Positions 8,499 to 19,166 of a DNA stretch of 64,000 nt are shown here, piece by piece. The position numbers and the translations under genes were made by a program. The DNA comes from an uncultured virus (IMG/VR IMGVR_UViG_3300044634_002018). Lineage: Duplodnaviria > Heunggongvirae > Uroviricota > Caudoviricetes. Where the stretch lies: the IMG/VR virus record IMGVR_UViG_3300044634_002018; one strand, written 5' to 3'. Each line of letters begins with the position of its first letter. The stretch's first letter is position 1. The notes beneath the pieces are model-generated. The model saw only the letters and a list, made by a program, of their open reading frames with translations, was not told the origin of the DNA and searched no databases.

Positions 8499-11180
8499 AT
8501 GGACAAATTAGGGTCAAAGACAGGGCCAAAAATAAAAATACCTAACAAAAAAGGTTCTGATTTTTCTCACGTATTACACAGGTTCAACGAAAACAAGTTG
8601 GTTCTGACTGAGAAAGATAAAACAGAAAATGATTTTAGGTTATTAAAACAGAACGTATTAATATACGAGCAGAAAGGAAGAAGAACCATTGCTGCAAATC
8701 GTAACAAAATTATAAAAAATCAACAAAGAGCCAATGGTACTCTTGACCTTAAAGATTATTTAAAGGACACTTCTTTAAAAGAGGAGTTGTCTTTAGTGGA
8801 CAACGTAGAGGATGAATTGGAAGAAATAGAGTTTTTCCCTTTAACCTCTAAAATAGTCAATGTGTTAACTTCTTTTCTCTCTAAGACTAAAGTAGGTTAC
8901 TCAGTACTCGCTGTAAACAGAGAGGCCCAGAATGACATACTTGACCGCAAGAATGGAGACATTAGAAACCTTCTAGTTTCTAGTGCTATGCAGTTTTTTA
9001 ACCAAGACCTAGAAGCCCAAGGGATTACACCTGAAAGTCAACCAGATGTCTATGAGGAACAAATTAAAATATTCCAACAACTCCCAAAAATTCAGAAGTA
9101 TTACAACACAGAATTTAGATTAACTATTGAACAGTGGGCCAATCATGTCATGGAAAACGCCAAAAGAAAGTTTAATATGCCAGACATAGAAAAACAACTC
9201 TTTAGAAACCGGATTATTAATGACAGACCTTTCCTACATCTTAATCTTAAAGAAGATGAAGTAAGACCAGAAGTAATCAGACCAGAAAATGCTGCCTATT
9301 TAAAAAGTCCTCACAACGATGATGTAAGTCATTCTTACATGTTTATGTGGTACGAGTATGAGGCTCCTGAAACTATTATTCAAAGGTTCGGAGATAAATT
9401 AAATGAAGAAACCATTCAGAAATTACACTTGAGATTTGGCAGTACTAACTTCACAGCAACGACTGCTGCTAATTTTGAGTTTGAGACTAAGAAACCAGTA
9501 GAAGCAGACATCCAAAATTATCTCGCGTTTAGAACAGAAGAAGACACTACTCACAGACACAGGGGAGAAGAATACAGAGAAAGGTTGGTTGAGATATTGA
9601 ATATGTACGTGCAAATTCCACGTATTATGAAAAAAGTCACTTTCCGAGTAGGTGAAGAGGAAGTTACTAAGATAGTGGATGAAACATACCTTCCAGTCTT
9701 TAAGCCCACTTATTTAAAGGGTAAACCAAAAACAGCAGAATATCTTCTCGAAGGTGAACATGTGGAAGTATTTTATATTAACGAACTCCACAGAGTCCAG
9801 AAATTAAATTTCTCACGGAATGCAAATCCTGACCTCAGTGATGATGTTTGGTTAAGCATCGAAAAATATAAAGTTCAACTCTCAGATCCAAAAATAGGAA
9901 GGTTTGGATCTTACATTCCTGTACACGGTGGAGCCACTACCAATAAGTATTCAGAGTCTAGTCAGATTGTGGACAAAACAGAAGTATGGGAAATTGCTTT
10001 TAATTTTGTGTGGAATCGCATCATGCAAATTCTAAAGACTGAAATAGGTCCATTCTTTGTGATGAACCAAAATGCTATTCCTTCTGAATCTATGGATGGT
10101 TCTTGGGGCAAAAATAATCTTGTAAAGTTTGCAATGACAGCCCGTGACTTAGGTATTGGTGCTGTGGACACTTCTCCTTCTAACATGCAAGGAGGAAGTC
10201 AACTCACTGGTGGGTTTGGTCAGAAAGTGGATTTGAGTAGAATGGATGAAATTGCCCAAAAAGTACAATTGGCCATGTCTATTAAAGAAGAGTGCTATTC
10301 GGTCTTAGGAATTACTTCTCAATTCCTTTCAGAAATAAGTCCTCAGGAAACAGAAGCAGGAATAGCACAAGGAGTGCAAAGAACTGTAAACGCAGTCAAA
10401 GAGGTGTATGATGACCATTATTCCATGATGGAAAAGGGTTGGCAAACTTTCCTAGAGATTACCAAGTATCTAAAAATCAAAGAAGGAAGTACTGCTGATT
10501 CTTATCTTAACTCTGAGGGGGAAAGACAAATATTTCAGACTACTACTGAGGATTTTCCTCTTTACATGTTAGGAGTTTACACATCCTCAAGTTTTGATGA
10601 TGCACTATTAATTGCAGAGATGAAAGAAATGGTACGTAGGGACAATACTATGGGTGCTGATTTAGAAGACAAGATTAAAATGTTAAGTACTCATTCTCTT
10701 TCAGACATATATTCTGCTCTTAAAGATTTGACTGTAAAAAAACAAGCGGAAGTCCAGAAGCAACAAGAAAACGAACAAAGACAATTACAAGCAAAAATTG
10801 AAGCAGATGAGAGAATTAAGGCTTCTGAATTAGCGTGGGAAAAAGAAAAACTACTTCTCAAGATAGAATCAGATGAATACATTCAAGAAATGCGTGTAGT
10901 AGGCCAGTCTTCATTTGGGCAAGGTACAGGAGTTGAGGAATTACTTAACTTAAAAAAGGCAGATCTTGCAGAAAAAGATTACTATATGTCTGTCTTAAAC
11001 CAAGCAAAAGAGGCTGAGTCTCAAAGAGGTGCTATGAGGGAAAAACTAAAAGCAGACAGACTTACTAATGACACCAATGAATCTCTAAGAAGGGAGGAAT
11101 TACAAGTAAAACGTGAAGAAATTGCTGCAAAACTTAAAATTTCTAAAGATAATTTGAAAGTAGCAGTAGTAAACAAATAG
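8499..11180 (+). CDS. Portal protein
   Basis: 893 aa directly after TerL; helical with long C-terminal coiled coil (barrel); crAss-like synteny. Confidence 0.85.
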   Translation: MDKLGSKTGPKIKIPNKKGSDFSHVLHRFNENKLVLTEKDKTENDFRLLKQNVLIYEQKGRRTIAANRNKIIKNQQRANGTLDLKDYLKDTSLKEELSLVDNVEDELEEIEFFPLTSKIVNVLTSFLSKTKVGYSVLAVNREAQNDILDRKNGDIRNLLVSSAMQFFNQDLEAQGITPESQPDVYEEQIKIFQQLPKIQKYYNTEFRLTIEQWANHVMENAKRKFNMPDIEKQLFRNRIINDRPFLHLNLKEDEVRPEVIRPENAAYLKSPHNDDVSHSYMFMWYEYEAPETIIQRFGDKLNEETIQKLHLRFGSTNFTATTAANFEFETKKPVEADIQNYLAFRTEEDTTHRHRGEEYRERLVEILNMYVQIPRIMKKVTFRVGEEEVTKIVDETYLPVFKPTYLKGKPKTAEYLLEGEHVEVFYINELHRVQKLNFSRNANPDLSDDVWLSIEKYKVQLSDPKIGRFGSYIPVHGGATTNKYSESSQIVDKTEVWEIAFNFVWNRIMQILKTEIGPFFVMNQNAIPSESMDGSWGKNNLVKFAMTARDLGIGAVDTSPSNMQGGSQLTGGFGQKVDLSRMDEIAQKVQLAMSIKEECYSVLGITSQFLSEISPQETEAGIAQGVQRTVNAVKEVYDDHYSMMEKGWQTFLEITKYLKIKEGSTADSYLNSEGERQIFQTTTEDFPLYMLGVYTSSSFDDALLIAEMKEMVRRDNTMGADLEDKIKMLSTHSLSDIYSALKDLTVKKQAEVQKQQENEQRQLQAKIEADERIKASELAWEKEKLLLKIESDEYIQEMRVVGQSSFGQGTGVEELLNLKKADLAEKDYYMSVLNQAKEAESQRGAMREKLKADRLTNDTNESLRREELQVKREEIAAKLKISKDNLKVAVVNK

Positions 11181-11294
11181 TAAACAAGTAATTAATTAAC
11201 CAAATTAATTAGAGTTTGCTTTGCAATCAAATTTAAAATAACTATATTTAATAACTAAAAAATTTAAAATCACTAGATTAAACGACGTACATTT

Positions 11295-12479
11295 ATGTTT
11301 AAATCAACACAATCAATAGATTTGGGGTTCTCAGATCCTTTGGTAAAAGCAACAGAACTAGACTTTTCAGACACTGCACCAATAGATAAAGTGGTTACAG
11401 TAGAAGGAGAAAAAACACCAGAACCAGTAAAACCAGATCCTACTAAAGAGGATTTTTCTTTGACATTAGATAGTACAGTAAATAAAGACGATTTAAGTTT
11501 TGATCTTGGAGAACCTAAAGATGCTGACGCAAACGCAGAAATAGAGAATGAATATGTAACCATAGCCAATTCTCTTGCAGACAATATTTTCGGAGGTAAC
11601 TTAAAACCGTATGAAGGATTTGATGACACAACAGAACCAACCTTGGAAGTAATTAGTAAATTAATTGCGCACAATGTTGACCTTGCAAAAGATGAAGCCA
11701 TTCAAGATTTTTACACGAATGACATTTCACCAGTCACTCAAAGAATTATTGACTTTGATTTGGAATCAAAAGACCCTGCTGAAATTTTAAGTTTTATGCG
11801 GGTTTTAGTCGAAGAGAGTAATATCAAAACTCTTTCTTTAGACAATGAGTTTGACCAAGAAAAAATAGTTCGTACTTGGTTTCAGAATGAAAATTGGACC
11901 AGTGAAGAAGTAGATGAAAAGGTAGCAGACTTAAAAACAGCAGGTTTGCTTTCTAAAGAGGCTACTCGGATTAAACCTAAACTGGACCAAAAGACGGAAG
12001 AAGTTGCAAGAAAAAAAGAAGAAGGAGTAAGAGAGATGAAGGCTATGGAACAACAACGCAGACAAAACTTTTTGAGCAAAGTACAAAACACTTTAAAGAC
12101 TCAAAAAATAGGTGAAGTAGCACTTACAACCGAAGAAACCAAAAGGTTAACAGCAATTATGGATTCTAATCCTATTTCGGTTAGCCTCCCAAACGGTAGT
12201 AAAACAGAAATGCCTTACCTTGAAGCCTTGATTGCTTACAACAGATTCTCGGAAAAAGGAGACGTAGAGACTTTAGCATTAGCAGCCTTACTTCTTTCAG
12301 ACAGGAAGGCTTTTGATGAAAAATACAGAAGAGTGGTAGAAAATAAAGTTACGAATGAATTTGTGAAAGACCACAAGTATGACACAAGTTCAAAAAGTGG
12401 CCAATTAAAAACCACTCCTAAAGAACAACCAACTAAACAGGTTTCAAGGTGGAATTTAAAAGTAAATCAACCACGATAA
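11295..12479 (+). CDS. Putative scaffolding/capsid assembly protein
   Basis: Acidic disordered N-terminus plus coiled coil, between portal and MCP. Confidence 0.65.
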   Translation: MFKSTQSIDLGFSDPLVKATELDFSDTAPIDKVVTVEGEKTPEPVKPDPTKEDFSLTLDSTVNKDDLSFDLGEPKDADANAEIENEYVTIANSLADNIFGGNLKPYEGFDDTTEPTLEVISKLIAHNVDLAKDEAIQDFYTNDISPVTQRIIDFDLESKDPAEILSFMRVLVEESNIKTLSLDNEFDQEKIVRTWFQNENWTSEEVDEKVADLKTAGLLSKEATRIKPKLDQKTEEVARKKEEGVREMKAMEQQRRQNFLSKVQNTLKTQKIGEVALTTEETKRLTAIMDSNPISVSLPNGSKTEMPYLEALIAYNRFSEKGDVETLALAALLLSDRKAFDEKYRRVVENKVTNEFVKDHKYDTSSKSGQLKTTPKEQPTKQVSRWNLKVNQPR

Positions 12480-12521
12480 AGCAAAGTAGAGAATAAAAAG
12501 AATTAAAAACATATATACAAT

Positions 12522-14198
12522 ATGAATTTACCACAGACGGGTTTGTACAATGGCATCTTTTTACAAACCAAAGAATTTAATGCCGAAATGCACAACTTGG
12601 ACACTGGTCACTTGTTGCGCATGAACTCCCAAACTGACCGTTTTTCGGACAGTACAGATTTGGGTATGATTATACCTTGGATTACAACTGGCTTTATGGA
12701 GCGTAACGGTATTTGGGACATGATTAATACCAAACAAGGTGTTAAGCGTACCATGATTGATGGGCATATTGCTCGCTTTCAATACCCTATTGCTTCTCAG
12801 CCTACCAAGTTGTTGAAAGACATTTCCAACACAGAAACTCCGGGTATTGATGGAACCACCTTTAAGATCCTTTCTAACAAGCGTTCTTTTGGTAATGGTG
12901 CAATCATCACCCCAGATAAGCATCTAGCATTGGAACTTGTAGTTACACCTGATGAAATTACGGGCAATCCAGCAACAGGTTTTGTGTACACTGTACGCAT
13001 GAATTCTACTAACGGAAAGTACAAGTACTTCCCCAAGGAGATGTTGCAAGCAGGTACTATTTATTTTAGGACTGGTTCTATTGGTTCGGAGTTTTCCAGC
13101 ACTTATGACAGTCTTGCGCCTATCACCAGTGGATTTAAAGAGTATTACTTGCACGTAGGTGAGGGTCATGCACACAAATCTTTCAGTGTAACACGTGATG
13201 CTGCTTATTCTCAAGTATCAGGCCATATTACTAAGTCTCTTCAAGAGTACCGTCAAGTGTGTGAAATGTATCAATTTGCACCCGGTTCACCAGCAAGTGA
13301 TGCTTACATGCGTGGTACTAGTCCTATTGATGTGTACATGAACCACTTCAAGACTGACAAAGCAGCAGCAATGGGTCTTGTTAAAAAAGACATTGTAAAA
13401 AAAGCATACATTCCTCTCGTAGAAGCAATTGCTATGATGGAAGTAGAGCGTGATGTGGACTATTACGCAATCTGGGGTTCTGGTGGCACAATGAAGGTGG
13501 ATGGTAAAACTGAGGTTAATCTGCCAATCGGTTTGTTCCATCAGTTTAACTTGGGCTCTTACGCAAGTTTCAACATTCCTAAATTCACTCTTGAGCGTCT
13601 TGAAGCACTTTTGTTGTCTCGTTTGAAAGACAAAATAGACCCTTATGGAGTTCAGGAAATGACCATTGGTTGTGGTGCTGGTGCACTCAAGTTAATCCGT
13701 ACCCAAATTCGTAACAGGTTCTTACAAGCAAACATGATTACACAAGCCAAAGATTACATCAAAGGTGCTGACAATCAGAAGTTGTATCTTGACACTCAAA
13801 ACTTTATGTCTTATCGTTGGGAATATGGTATTTTAAACTTTACACACGTACCAGCATTTGACCCAATCGTTTCTAATGAGTACAACAACCCTATGTATGA
13901 TGGACACCGTTTAAGTTCTTATATGATGGTCATTGATGATCTTTCTGGTGAAGGTGGTAACGTAGAAGAATTGGTTTATGGTGCTGACTGGGATTTCAAC
14001 CACTTCTATACCAATGGTAAATTAGCATACGAAGATATGGGTGGAAGGCCACATCACGGTAATAAAGACATTCCGGGTTTTGAAGTTTATGTAGAAAAGA
14101 AATTGAAGGCTTACCGTTTGGTAGATCCTACAAAATCTTTGATTATTAAACCAATCAATCCATTCACAGGTAAAATGATTTTTGAACCTGTTTATTAA
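12522..14198 (+). CDS. Major capsid protein
   Basis: Size and position; IGLFHQF and final LVDPTKS-type motifs; high-expression codon bias (CGT for Arg); followed by a strong hairpin. Confidence 0.85.
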   Translation: MNLPQTGLYNGIFLQTKEFNAEMHNLDTGHLLRMNSQTDRFSDSTDLGMIIPWITTGFMERNGIWDMINTKQGVKRTMIDGHIARFQYPIASQPTKLLKDISNTETPGIDGTTFKILSNKRSFGNGAIITPDKHLALELVVTPDEITGNPATGFVYTVRMNSTNGKYKYFPKEMLQAGTIYFRTGSIGSEFSSTYDSLAPITSGFKEYYLHVGEGHAHKSFSVTRDAAYSQVSGHITKSLQEYRQVCEMYQFAPGSPASDAYMRGTSPIDVYMNHFKTDKAAAMGLVKKDIVKKAYIPLVEAIAMMEVERDVDYYAIWGSGGTMKVDGKTEVNLPIGLFHQFNLGSYASFNIPKFTLERLEALLLSRLKDKIDPYGVQEMTIGCGAGALKLIRTQIRNRFLQANMITQAKDYIKGADNQKLYLDTQNFMSYRWEYGILNFTHVPAFDPIVSNEYNNPMYDGHRLSSYMMVIDDLSGEGGNVEELVYGADWDFNHFYTNGKLAYEDMGGRPHHGNKDIPGFEVYVEKKLKAYRLVDPTKSLIIKPINPFTGKMIFEPVY

Positions 14199-14214
14199 TA
14201 ACTTAAAAAAACTA

Positions 14215-14238
14215 GTGGGAGGTGAAATATCCTCCCAC
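14215..14238 (+). terminator. Hairpin after MCP (terminator or mRNA-stabilising stem)
   Basis: GTGGGAGG/CCTCCCAC perfect 8-bp stem; weak U-tract. Confidence 0.6.
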
Positions 14239-14248
14239 ATATTATATT

Positions 14249-15082
14249 ATGACACTTATAAAACAAAAAGCACAAGATAACCCAAGGGTAGGATTTGAAA
14301 ATCTAGGGTTTACTGTACACCCAGACTGCTCTAGTAGTTTAGCAATCCCTTTTGTGGGTGGAAAATACGTCTTGAATCTGACTCCAGAAAAACAAGAGTA
14401 TTTTGAGAATAGTCTAGGAGTAAAGTTTGACTCACCAGAAGGTATTAAATTTTTGGACAGTTTCAGTATTGAGATTGACCACACAGACTGTATCATAGGA
14501 GATACTCCAATAGACCAGTTCAAAAAACATTTGCTTACATCAAACAATGGTTTTGGTCTGGTAAAAACTGGAGAAATTACAGGTCCAGTAGATACTACTA
14601 TTTTTGAGTTTTTTGACGAAGAGAAAAACACAGAAAAAAGAGTCAACAAAAAACAACTCTTGAATGAAGCGATTGCTGCACTTCAAGAACTTTGGAACAA
14701 CAAACGTACTCAAATTACTTTGTTTGCCCAATATTTATTAGAAATTAACAGTGGTATTACTAACGAGATTATAGCGTATGATAAACTGACTGATTATATT
14801 ACTCAGGAAGCAAACGCAAGTAGGTTTTTACGTGCTTTAAAAGAAGACGTAGAACATATAGACCTAGTGGTGACCATTAAACAAGCAGTAGCAGTAGCAG
14901 TGATTCGTTCCGTAAATGGAAAATATCAAAACCCTGTTACCAATACTGGATACGGTAGAACAATAGAAGAGGTGGTTGCTTTCTTTTCAAACCCTGCTAA
15001 CCAAGACGAACTTGGTACAGGTGCTGCAAATGATGAAGCATACACTATAAAGGCACAGTTACGAAATTCAAACAGGATCTAA
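14249..15082 (+). CDS. Conserved crAss-like protein downstream of MCP
   Basis: Synteny; C-terminal YGRTIEEVVAFFSNPANQ; start moved to ATG 14249 because the track's GTG lies inside the hairpin. Confidence 0.7.
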   Translation: MTLIKQKAQDNPRVGFENLGFTVHPDCSSSLAIPFVGGKYVLNLTPEKQEYFENSLGVKFDSPEGIKFLDSFSIEIDHTDCIIGDTPIDQFKKHLLTSNNGFGLVKTGEITGPVDTTIFEFFDEEKNTEKRVNKKQLLNEAIAALQELWNNKRTQITLFAQYLLEINSGITNEIIAYDKLTDYITQEANASRFLRALKEDVEHIDLVVTIKQAVAVAVIRSVNGKYQNPVTNTGYGRTIEEVVAFFSNPANQDELGTGAANDEAYTIKAQLRNSNRI

Positions 15083-15119
15083 GTTAGGTCCTATTAATTA
15101 ATTATTAAATAAACAAAGA

Positions 15120-17111
15120 ATGGCTAATTTCTCTGACAGAAATGAGTTAAATTGGGTGGTTCAATCAATTGCTCCTGCGGGGGTTAAAACTGTTGATTTG
15201 AAACCCTTTCAGTTTGGTTTGGTGGACAAGGAAACCCACAAAACAATCAATGTGAGTGCACTAACTGGTGATGCTTACTTTGCAGTAGGTTCTCCCAATG
15301 CACCACAAGCAACTGATGGGCAACGAGTTAACAAATTGTACAACTCTCTAAACTCTGATATTTCTTTCAAATCTACGGATTTGGGCAATATCGCAAAGTT
15401 GAAATTTGTAAAACCACAAAAACAAAACCTCGAACAAGTTTACTACCTCGGCTGGAATGGCTTGGATGACTGTGAAAGTTTGAATTTTGAATGTGGTAAA
15501 AACTACAAGTTTCAAATCAATGTACAAGGCCAAAATGTACAGAATGTTTTTGGTGCGTATGAGCGTAATGAAATAGTATCAGTAGATACTCCATGTTGTG
15601 ATGCTTCATGCGGTTGCGTGGATGGTAAAATTGATTGCAGTTATGTAATTGATGACCTTATGGCACGTTTTGACTCGGATCTTTTCTGGGTAAAACGTTT
15701 TTACAAAGTAGAAAAACTTATTTCTTGTTCCCCTGCTTTGAGTGTTCCTGCAAAAACTAACTTCACTACTTACACACTTACTGTGTGTGACAACGGAGAC
15801 GCAGTGGACATGGCAAAGGTTCAAGCACAGTACACTCCCACTATTAAAGTGAGAGAACGTAAAGCACCTTTTACTACGTATGAGTTTACTCAATTGGCTG
15901 CTACTGCTGCACCTGCTGCATACAGCCAGTCTTTGACTACTGTGCGTGACTGTACAAGTTGTCCTGCTGGTTTTACATCAGTGGCTGCTGGGTTTGCTTA
16001 TGTGGTTGAGATTGACAACACCAATGCTGATGTAACTTTGGGAGCACAGTTGACAGCAGTGCAAACTGTTTTTGCAACTGCTACTTATGCTAAGAAAGAA
16101 AATTTCAGTTTTGGAACAAGTACTTACTATGTGGTGAGTTCTGCTAAACTAACTGCTCCTACGGGTGATGCACGTATTGTAAAAGACTTAGACTTGACTA
16201 CTGCAAAATGTACTCAAACTGCTCCTATTACTACTGCGTGGGTTTCTGCTGGTACTAGTTTCAAAATTACTCGTGCTTTGACTTTGACCAAGCAAAATGC
16301 TGACTGTCAATCAAATCCAGAAGAGTTGGCTGAAATTCAGGCTTATTACGCTGGTAACCCTGAAATTGTACCCGGTACTCTTTTGGTTGATGCTGGTAGT
16401 ACCGCTTGTATTATCCGATTCGATGTAACCCAATACTGTGACAATCTTCTTGTAGATGGTTGTGACGTATTTGGACATGATGGGGCTAAATTTAACAGTC
16501 TTCCATCTTGGAAAGGTTTCAAATGGGAAGTAATTCCATGTGAAGGTTGGACTGTAAATGGTTCAGGTTGTCCTGTTCCTCCTGCTCCTGCTGACAAATG
16601 TTGTAAGTGTGGTATTAAGTTTACCACTTTGACCATGCCTGAACCGGGTCTTCCAGAAGGTATTTATGATCTTAATTTCTACCAAGAAAAGGATCCTGTA
16701 AATCTTTCGGTGACTATTTACAAGCCTGATGGTGAACCTTATGTATGTGGCTCAAAAAGCCCTACATTCCGTAAAACTAAGAGTGCTGAGTATCAAATTT
16801 TGAAAGGATATGACGTTATCAAGGAAATTCTTATCACTAGGAATGACCGTCAAGAGCGTTTTATGAACCTTACAGACAAAGATTCTCTTTTGCTTTTGGC
16901 TCGTCAAGGTACAGAATTTGGTGTGAAAGTAAATGACTTTTACTACGCTATCAACATTACCAATCACATTTCTCGTTTTGAAAACCATCCTATGGCTGGT
17001 AAAAAAGAGGTAATTACTCTTTACATTCACGAAAATGACATAGTGTTGTTTGAAAACTTGAAAGGTCAACTTAGCAGTGGTTTCCCACTTGCAAAAGTAG
17101 AACAAGTGTAA
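15120..17111 (+). CDS. Cys-rich structural protein (capsid auxiliary/decoration-like)
   Basis: 663 aa, about 22 Cys, Thr/Ala-rich beta content, high-expression codon usage, followed by a hairpin. Confidence 0.7.
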   Translation: MANFSDRNELNWVVQSIAPAGVKTVDLKPFQFGLVDKETHKTINVSALTGDAYFAVGSPNAPQATDGQRVNKLYNSLNSDISFKSTDLGNIAKLKFVKPQKQNLEQVYYLGWNGLDDCESLNFECGKNYKFQINVQGQNVQNVFGAYERNEIVSVDTPCCDASCGCVDGKIDCSYVIDDLMARFDSDLFWVKRFYKVEKLISCSPALSVPAKTNFTTYTLTVCDNGDAVDMAKVQAQYTPTIKVRERKAPFTTYEFTQLAATAAPAAYSQSLTTVRDCTSCPAGFTSVAAGFAYVVEIDNTNADVTLGAQLTAVQTVFATATYAKKENFSFGTSTYYVVSSAKLTAPTGDARIVKDLDLTTAKCTQTAPITTAWVSAGTSFKITRALTLTKQNADCQSNPEELAEIQAYYAGNPEIVPGTLLVDAGSTACIIRFDVTQYCDNLLVDGCDVFGHDGAKFNSLPSWKGFKWEVIPCEGWTVNGSGCPVPPAPADKCCKCGIKFTTLTMPEPGLPEGIYDLNFYQEKDPVNLSVTIYKPDGEPYVCGSKSPTFRKTKSAEYQILKGYDVIKEILITRNDRQERFMNLTDKDSLLLLARQGTEFGVKVNDFYYAINITNHISRFENHPMAGKKEVITLYIHENDIVLFENLKGQLSSGFPLAKVEQV

Positions 17112-17125
17112 TAATTAAAAATACG

Positions 17126-17156
17126 GCAGGGGTGTAAAAGCCCCTGCTCCTTTATT
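17126..17156 (+). terminator. Putative intrinsic terminator
   Basis: GCAGGGG/CCCCTGC stem followed by TCCTTTATT. Confidence 0.6.
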
Positions 17157-17801
17157 ATGACAATAACAGATTGCTATTTATACATCCAAGACAGGTTAAA
17201 TGCTTTATCTACCAATTACGGTAATAATGTACCAAAACACATTTTTGTAAGGACTTTTAATGCTGCTCAAACTACTTGGGTGGAAGAAAGGTGTAAAATT
17301 TCAAGTTCTAACATAATTAGGACTGATGAAATAGACATCTTATCTACTACGTATGAATTTGAACCAGTCAAAAAGGAAGGCTACTGGGAAGGTCTACTCC
17401 CCGGGGATTACTACCACTTTAGAAGAGCATTAGGATTTACACCTTGTCAGTTGTTTCTTTACCCTAAAAAAGAAGAAGAAATAAACAGACTTCTAAGTGA
17501 TGACAATTGGAAACCTTCCTTAGAATGGGCAGAATCCATTGTAACTATAAGTGGCAAAAAGTTAAAAGTTTATGGCGATTTCAACATAAACAAAATAGAA
17601 CTGCTTTATTACAGAGTACCTACTTTAGTCAATATGGAGGATGGCTACTCAGATGAATTTGGAAACCTTAATGTAAACATAAACCCTGAATTTCAGGAAT
17701 CTTCTCTTATTGAAATTCTAACAATGGCAGTCAATCAATTGGCTTCTGACAATGGAGACTCATTTAGATACCAGACATCTGGACAAAAAGCAACAACTTA
17801 A
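17157..17801 (+). CDS. Tail ring/head-tail connector-like protein
   Basis: FNAAQ...LLPGDYYHF...LLYYRVP...EILTMAV pattern typical of crAss-like ring proteins; synteny. Confidence 0.65.
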   Translation: MTITDCYLYIQDRLNALSTNYGNNVPKHIFVRTFNAAQTTWVEERCKISSSNIIRTDEIDILSTTYEFEPVKKEGYWEGLLPGDYYHFRRALGFTPCQLFLYPKKEEEINRLLSDDNWKPSLEWAESIVTISGKKLKVYGDFNINKIELLYYRVPTLVNMEDGYSDEFGNLNVNINPEFQESSLIEILTMAVNQLASDNGDSFRYQTSGQKATT

Positions 17802-18256
17802 TGAACAAGACAGTATTAAATTTTGAAATTAAAGACACAGAAAAAGAATTTGTGATCTGGGACTGTTCTAGGTATAATCCTGACGTGCCAATTACTAACT
17901 CTTTATTGAGTGTAACGCCACCCAATTTTACCCAACCATTCAACACTTTTTTTGTTCCTGAGCACAGACTAATGCTAGGAACACAAGAATTAGGTTGGGG
18001 GGATACTACTCTAGGAGATGGTGTTTACAAGTTAATATTTTCTGTTTGTCCTAATGAAGAGGTTTTTATAAAAATAAATTATCTTCGTTTTTGGAATCTA
18101 AGGAAAAAGATACTTATCTTTGCCAACAAGTGCGAAGGTTTGGAGGATTTACTTTACTTAGAAGTTGCAAAAAGTCTTGTTAATGGTACTAGTGAAGAAT
18201 GCTCAAAAGGAATTATAATCTTTAATCAAATCAACGCAAAATATGGCATGTACTAG
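17801..18256 (+). CDS. Putative structural protein (Ig-like N-terminus, DGVY motif)
   Basis: DCSRY...VTPP...LGDGVYKLIFSV; coupled in the structural operon. Confidence 0.6.
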   Translation: MNKTVLNFEIKDTEKEFVIWDCSRYNPDVPITNSLLSVTPPNFTQPFNTFFVPEHRLMLGTQELGWGDTTLGDGVYKLIFSVCPNEEVFIKINYLRFWNLRKKILIFANKCEGLEDLLYLEVAKSLVNGTSEECSKGIIIFNQINAKYGMY

Positions 18257-18461
18257 TTGTGCTGCAAAAGCAGCCTTAATGAACAAAGCAAACAAAGAAG
18301 TAGTTGCAATACCTCAAGATTGTGTTTACACTCAAGAAGAGTTGTTGACAAAATTGGAGCAGGCAATAGCAAACGAAAATTTTAGTCAAGTTTCCTTTAT
18401 AAAAAGTGCTTTAAACCTTTACTCTAAAGATTGTAACATGTTTAATAATTACATATTATGA
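18243..18461 (+). CDS. Small Cys-containing protein (MACTSC)
   Basis: 72-aa ORF overlapping its neighbours. Confidence 0.6.
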   Translation: MACTSCAAKAALMNKANKEVVAIPQDCVYTQEELLTKLEQAIANENFSQVSFIKSALNLYSKDCNMFNNYIL

Positions 18462-18565
18462 ACACAAAAGTTTATGCTTTTATTCTTAACAAATATCTAG
18501 GAATAGGTAAACAAAAAAAATTAACTTGTGAAGAGTTAATAACTATATATGAGCAACATTATTAA
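18458..18565 (+). CDS. 35-aa small ORF (MNTKVYAFILNKYLGIGKQKKLTCEELITIYEQHY), not in the track
   Basis: ATGA overlap with the upstream stop; fills the gap to 18549. Confidence 0.45.
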   Translation: MNTKVYAFILNKYLGIGKQKKLTCEELITIYEQHY

Positions 18566-19166
18566 TCCAATTTCAACAAATCAAGTAGCAGAAGTCAGCC
18601 TTATGAAGCCTGACCATGCTAATTTTTGTGGGAATACTCTGAATGACTGGCTTAAATGGCTGGTTGATAAGCAAGGAGAAATCAACTGGAAAGCAGTAGA
18701 TACTGCTTGCCTTACTCTTGGTTGTGATAAAAACCTCAAGTCAATCATAGAAGCACTCATAGCCAAGGTATGCACTTTAGAGCAAGATTCTGGTTGTGGG
18801 TGTGGCTCAGGATGTGGGCCTTCCCCATTGCTAAATTATCCTCTTGTCCTTTTAGAAAGGTGGGCCAATGTGGAATCTAATAACCCCGCAACTGGATACA
18901 TTCAAGACGGTTGGGTAAAACTTTCAGGCACTATTAATGCTGGTTCTACTCTTGTTCCCATATTTAATGTACCTGCGGACTTAATTCCTACCAACACTAA
19001 AAGATTAACATTTTCTCACAGTTACTCTTTGCCCAATGTAGCAAACGAGCAACCATTTCTTCAAATATCCACCTCTGGTGTAGCAACTATGGTTTGGACA
19101 GGTATAACTCCTGTTACAAGTTTAATTGGTTCTATATTTTTGGACGGAATACAATATAAAAAATAA
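18549..19166 (+). CDS. Fibre/spike-like structural protein (Cys-rich helical N-terminus, beta-sandwich C-terminus)
   Basis: GCGCGSGC linker; C-terminal GWVKLSG...IFNVPADLIP...LDGIQY resembles phage receptor-binding head domains. Confidence 0.6.
   Translation: MSNIINPISTNQVAEVSLMKPDHANFCGNTLNDWLKWLVDKQGEINWKAVDTACLTLGCDKNLKSIIEALIAKVCTLEQDSGCGCGSGCGPSPLLNYPLVLLERWANVESNNPATGYIQDGWVKLSGTINAGSTLVPIFNVPADLIPTNTKRLTFSHSYSLPNVANEQPFLQISTSGVATMVWTGITPVTSLIGSIFLDGIQYKK

Noticed and set aside
11189..15110. TAATTAATT words in intergenic gaps as a phage late-promoter motif
   Set aside because: Too low in complexity to separate from chance in AT-rich spacers without statistics
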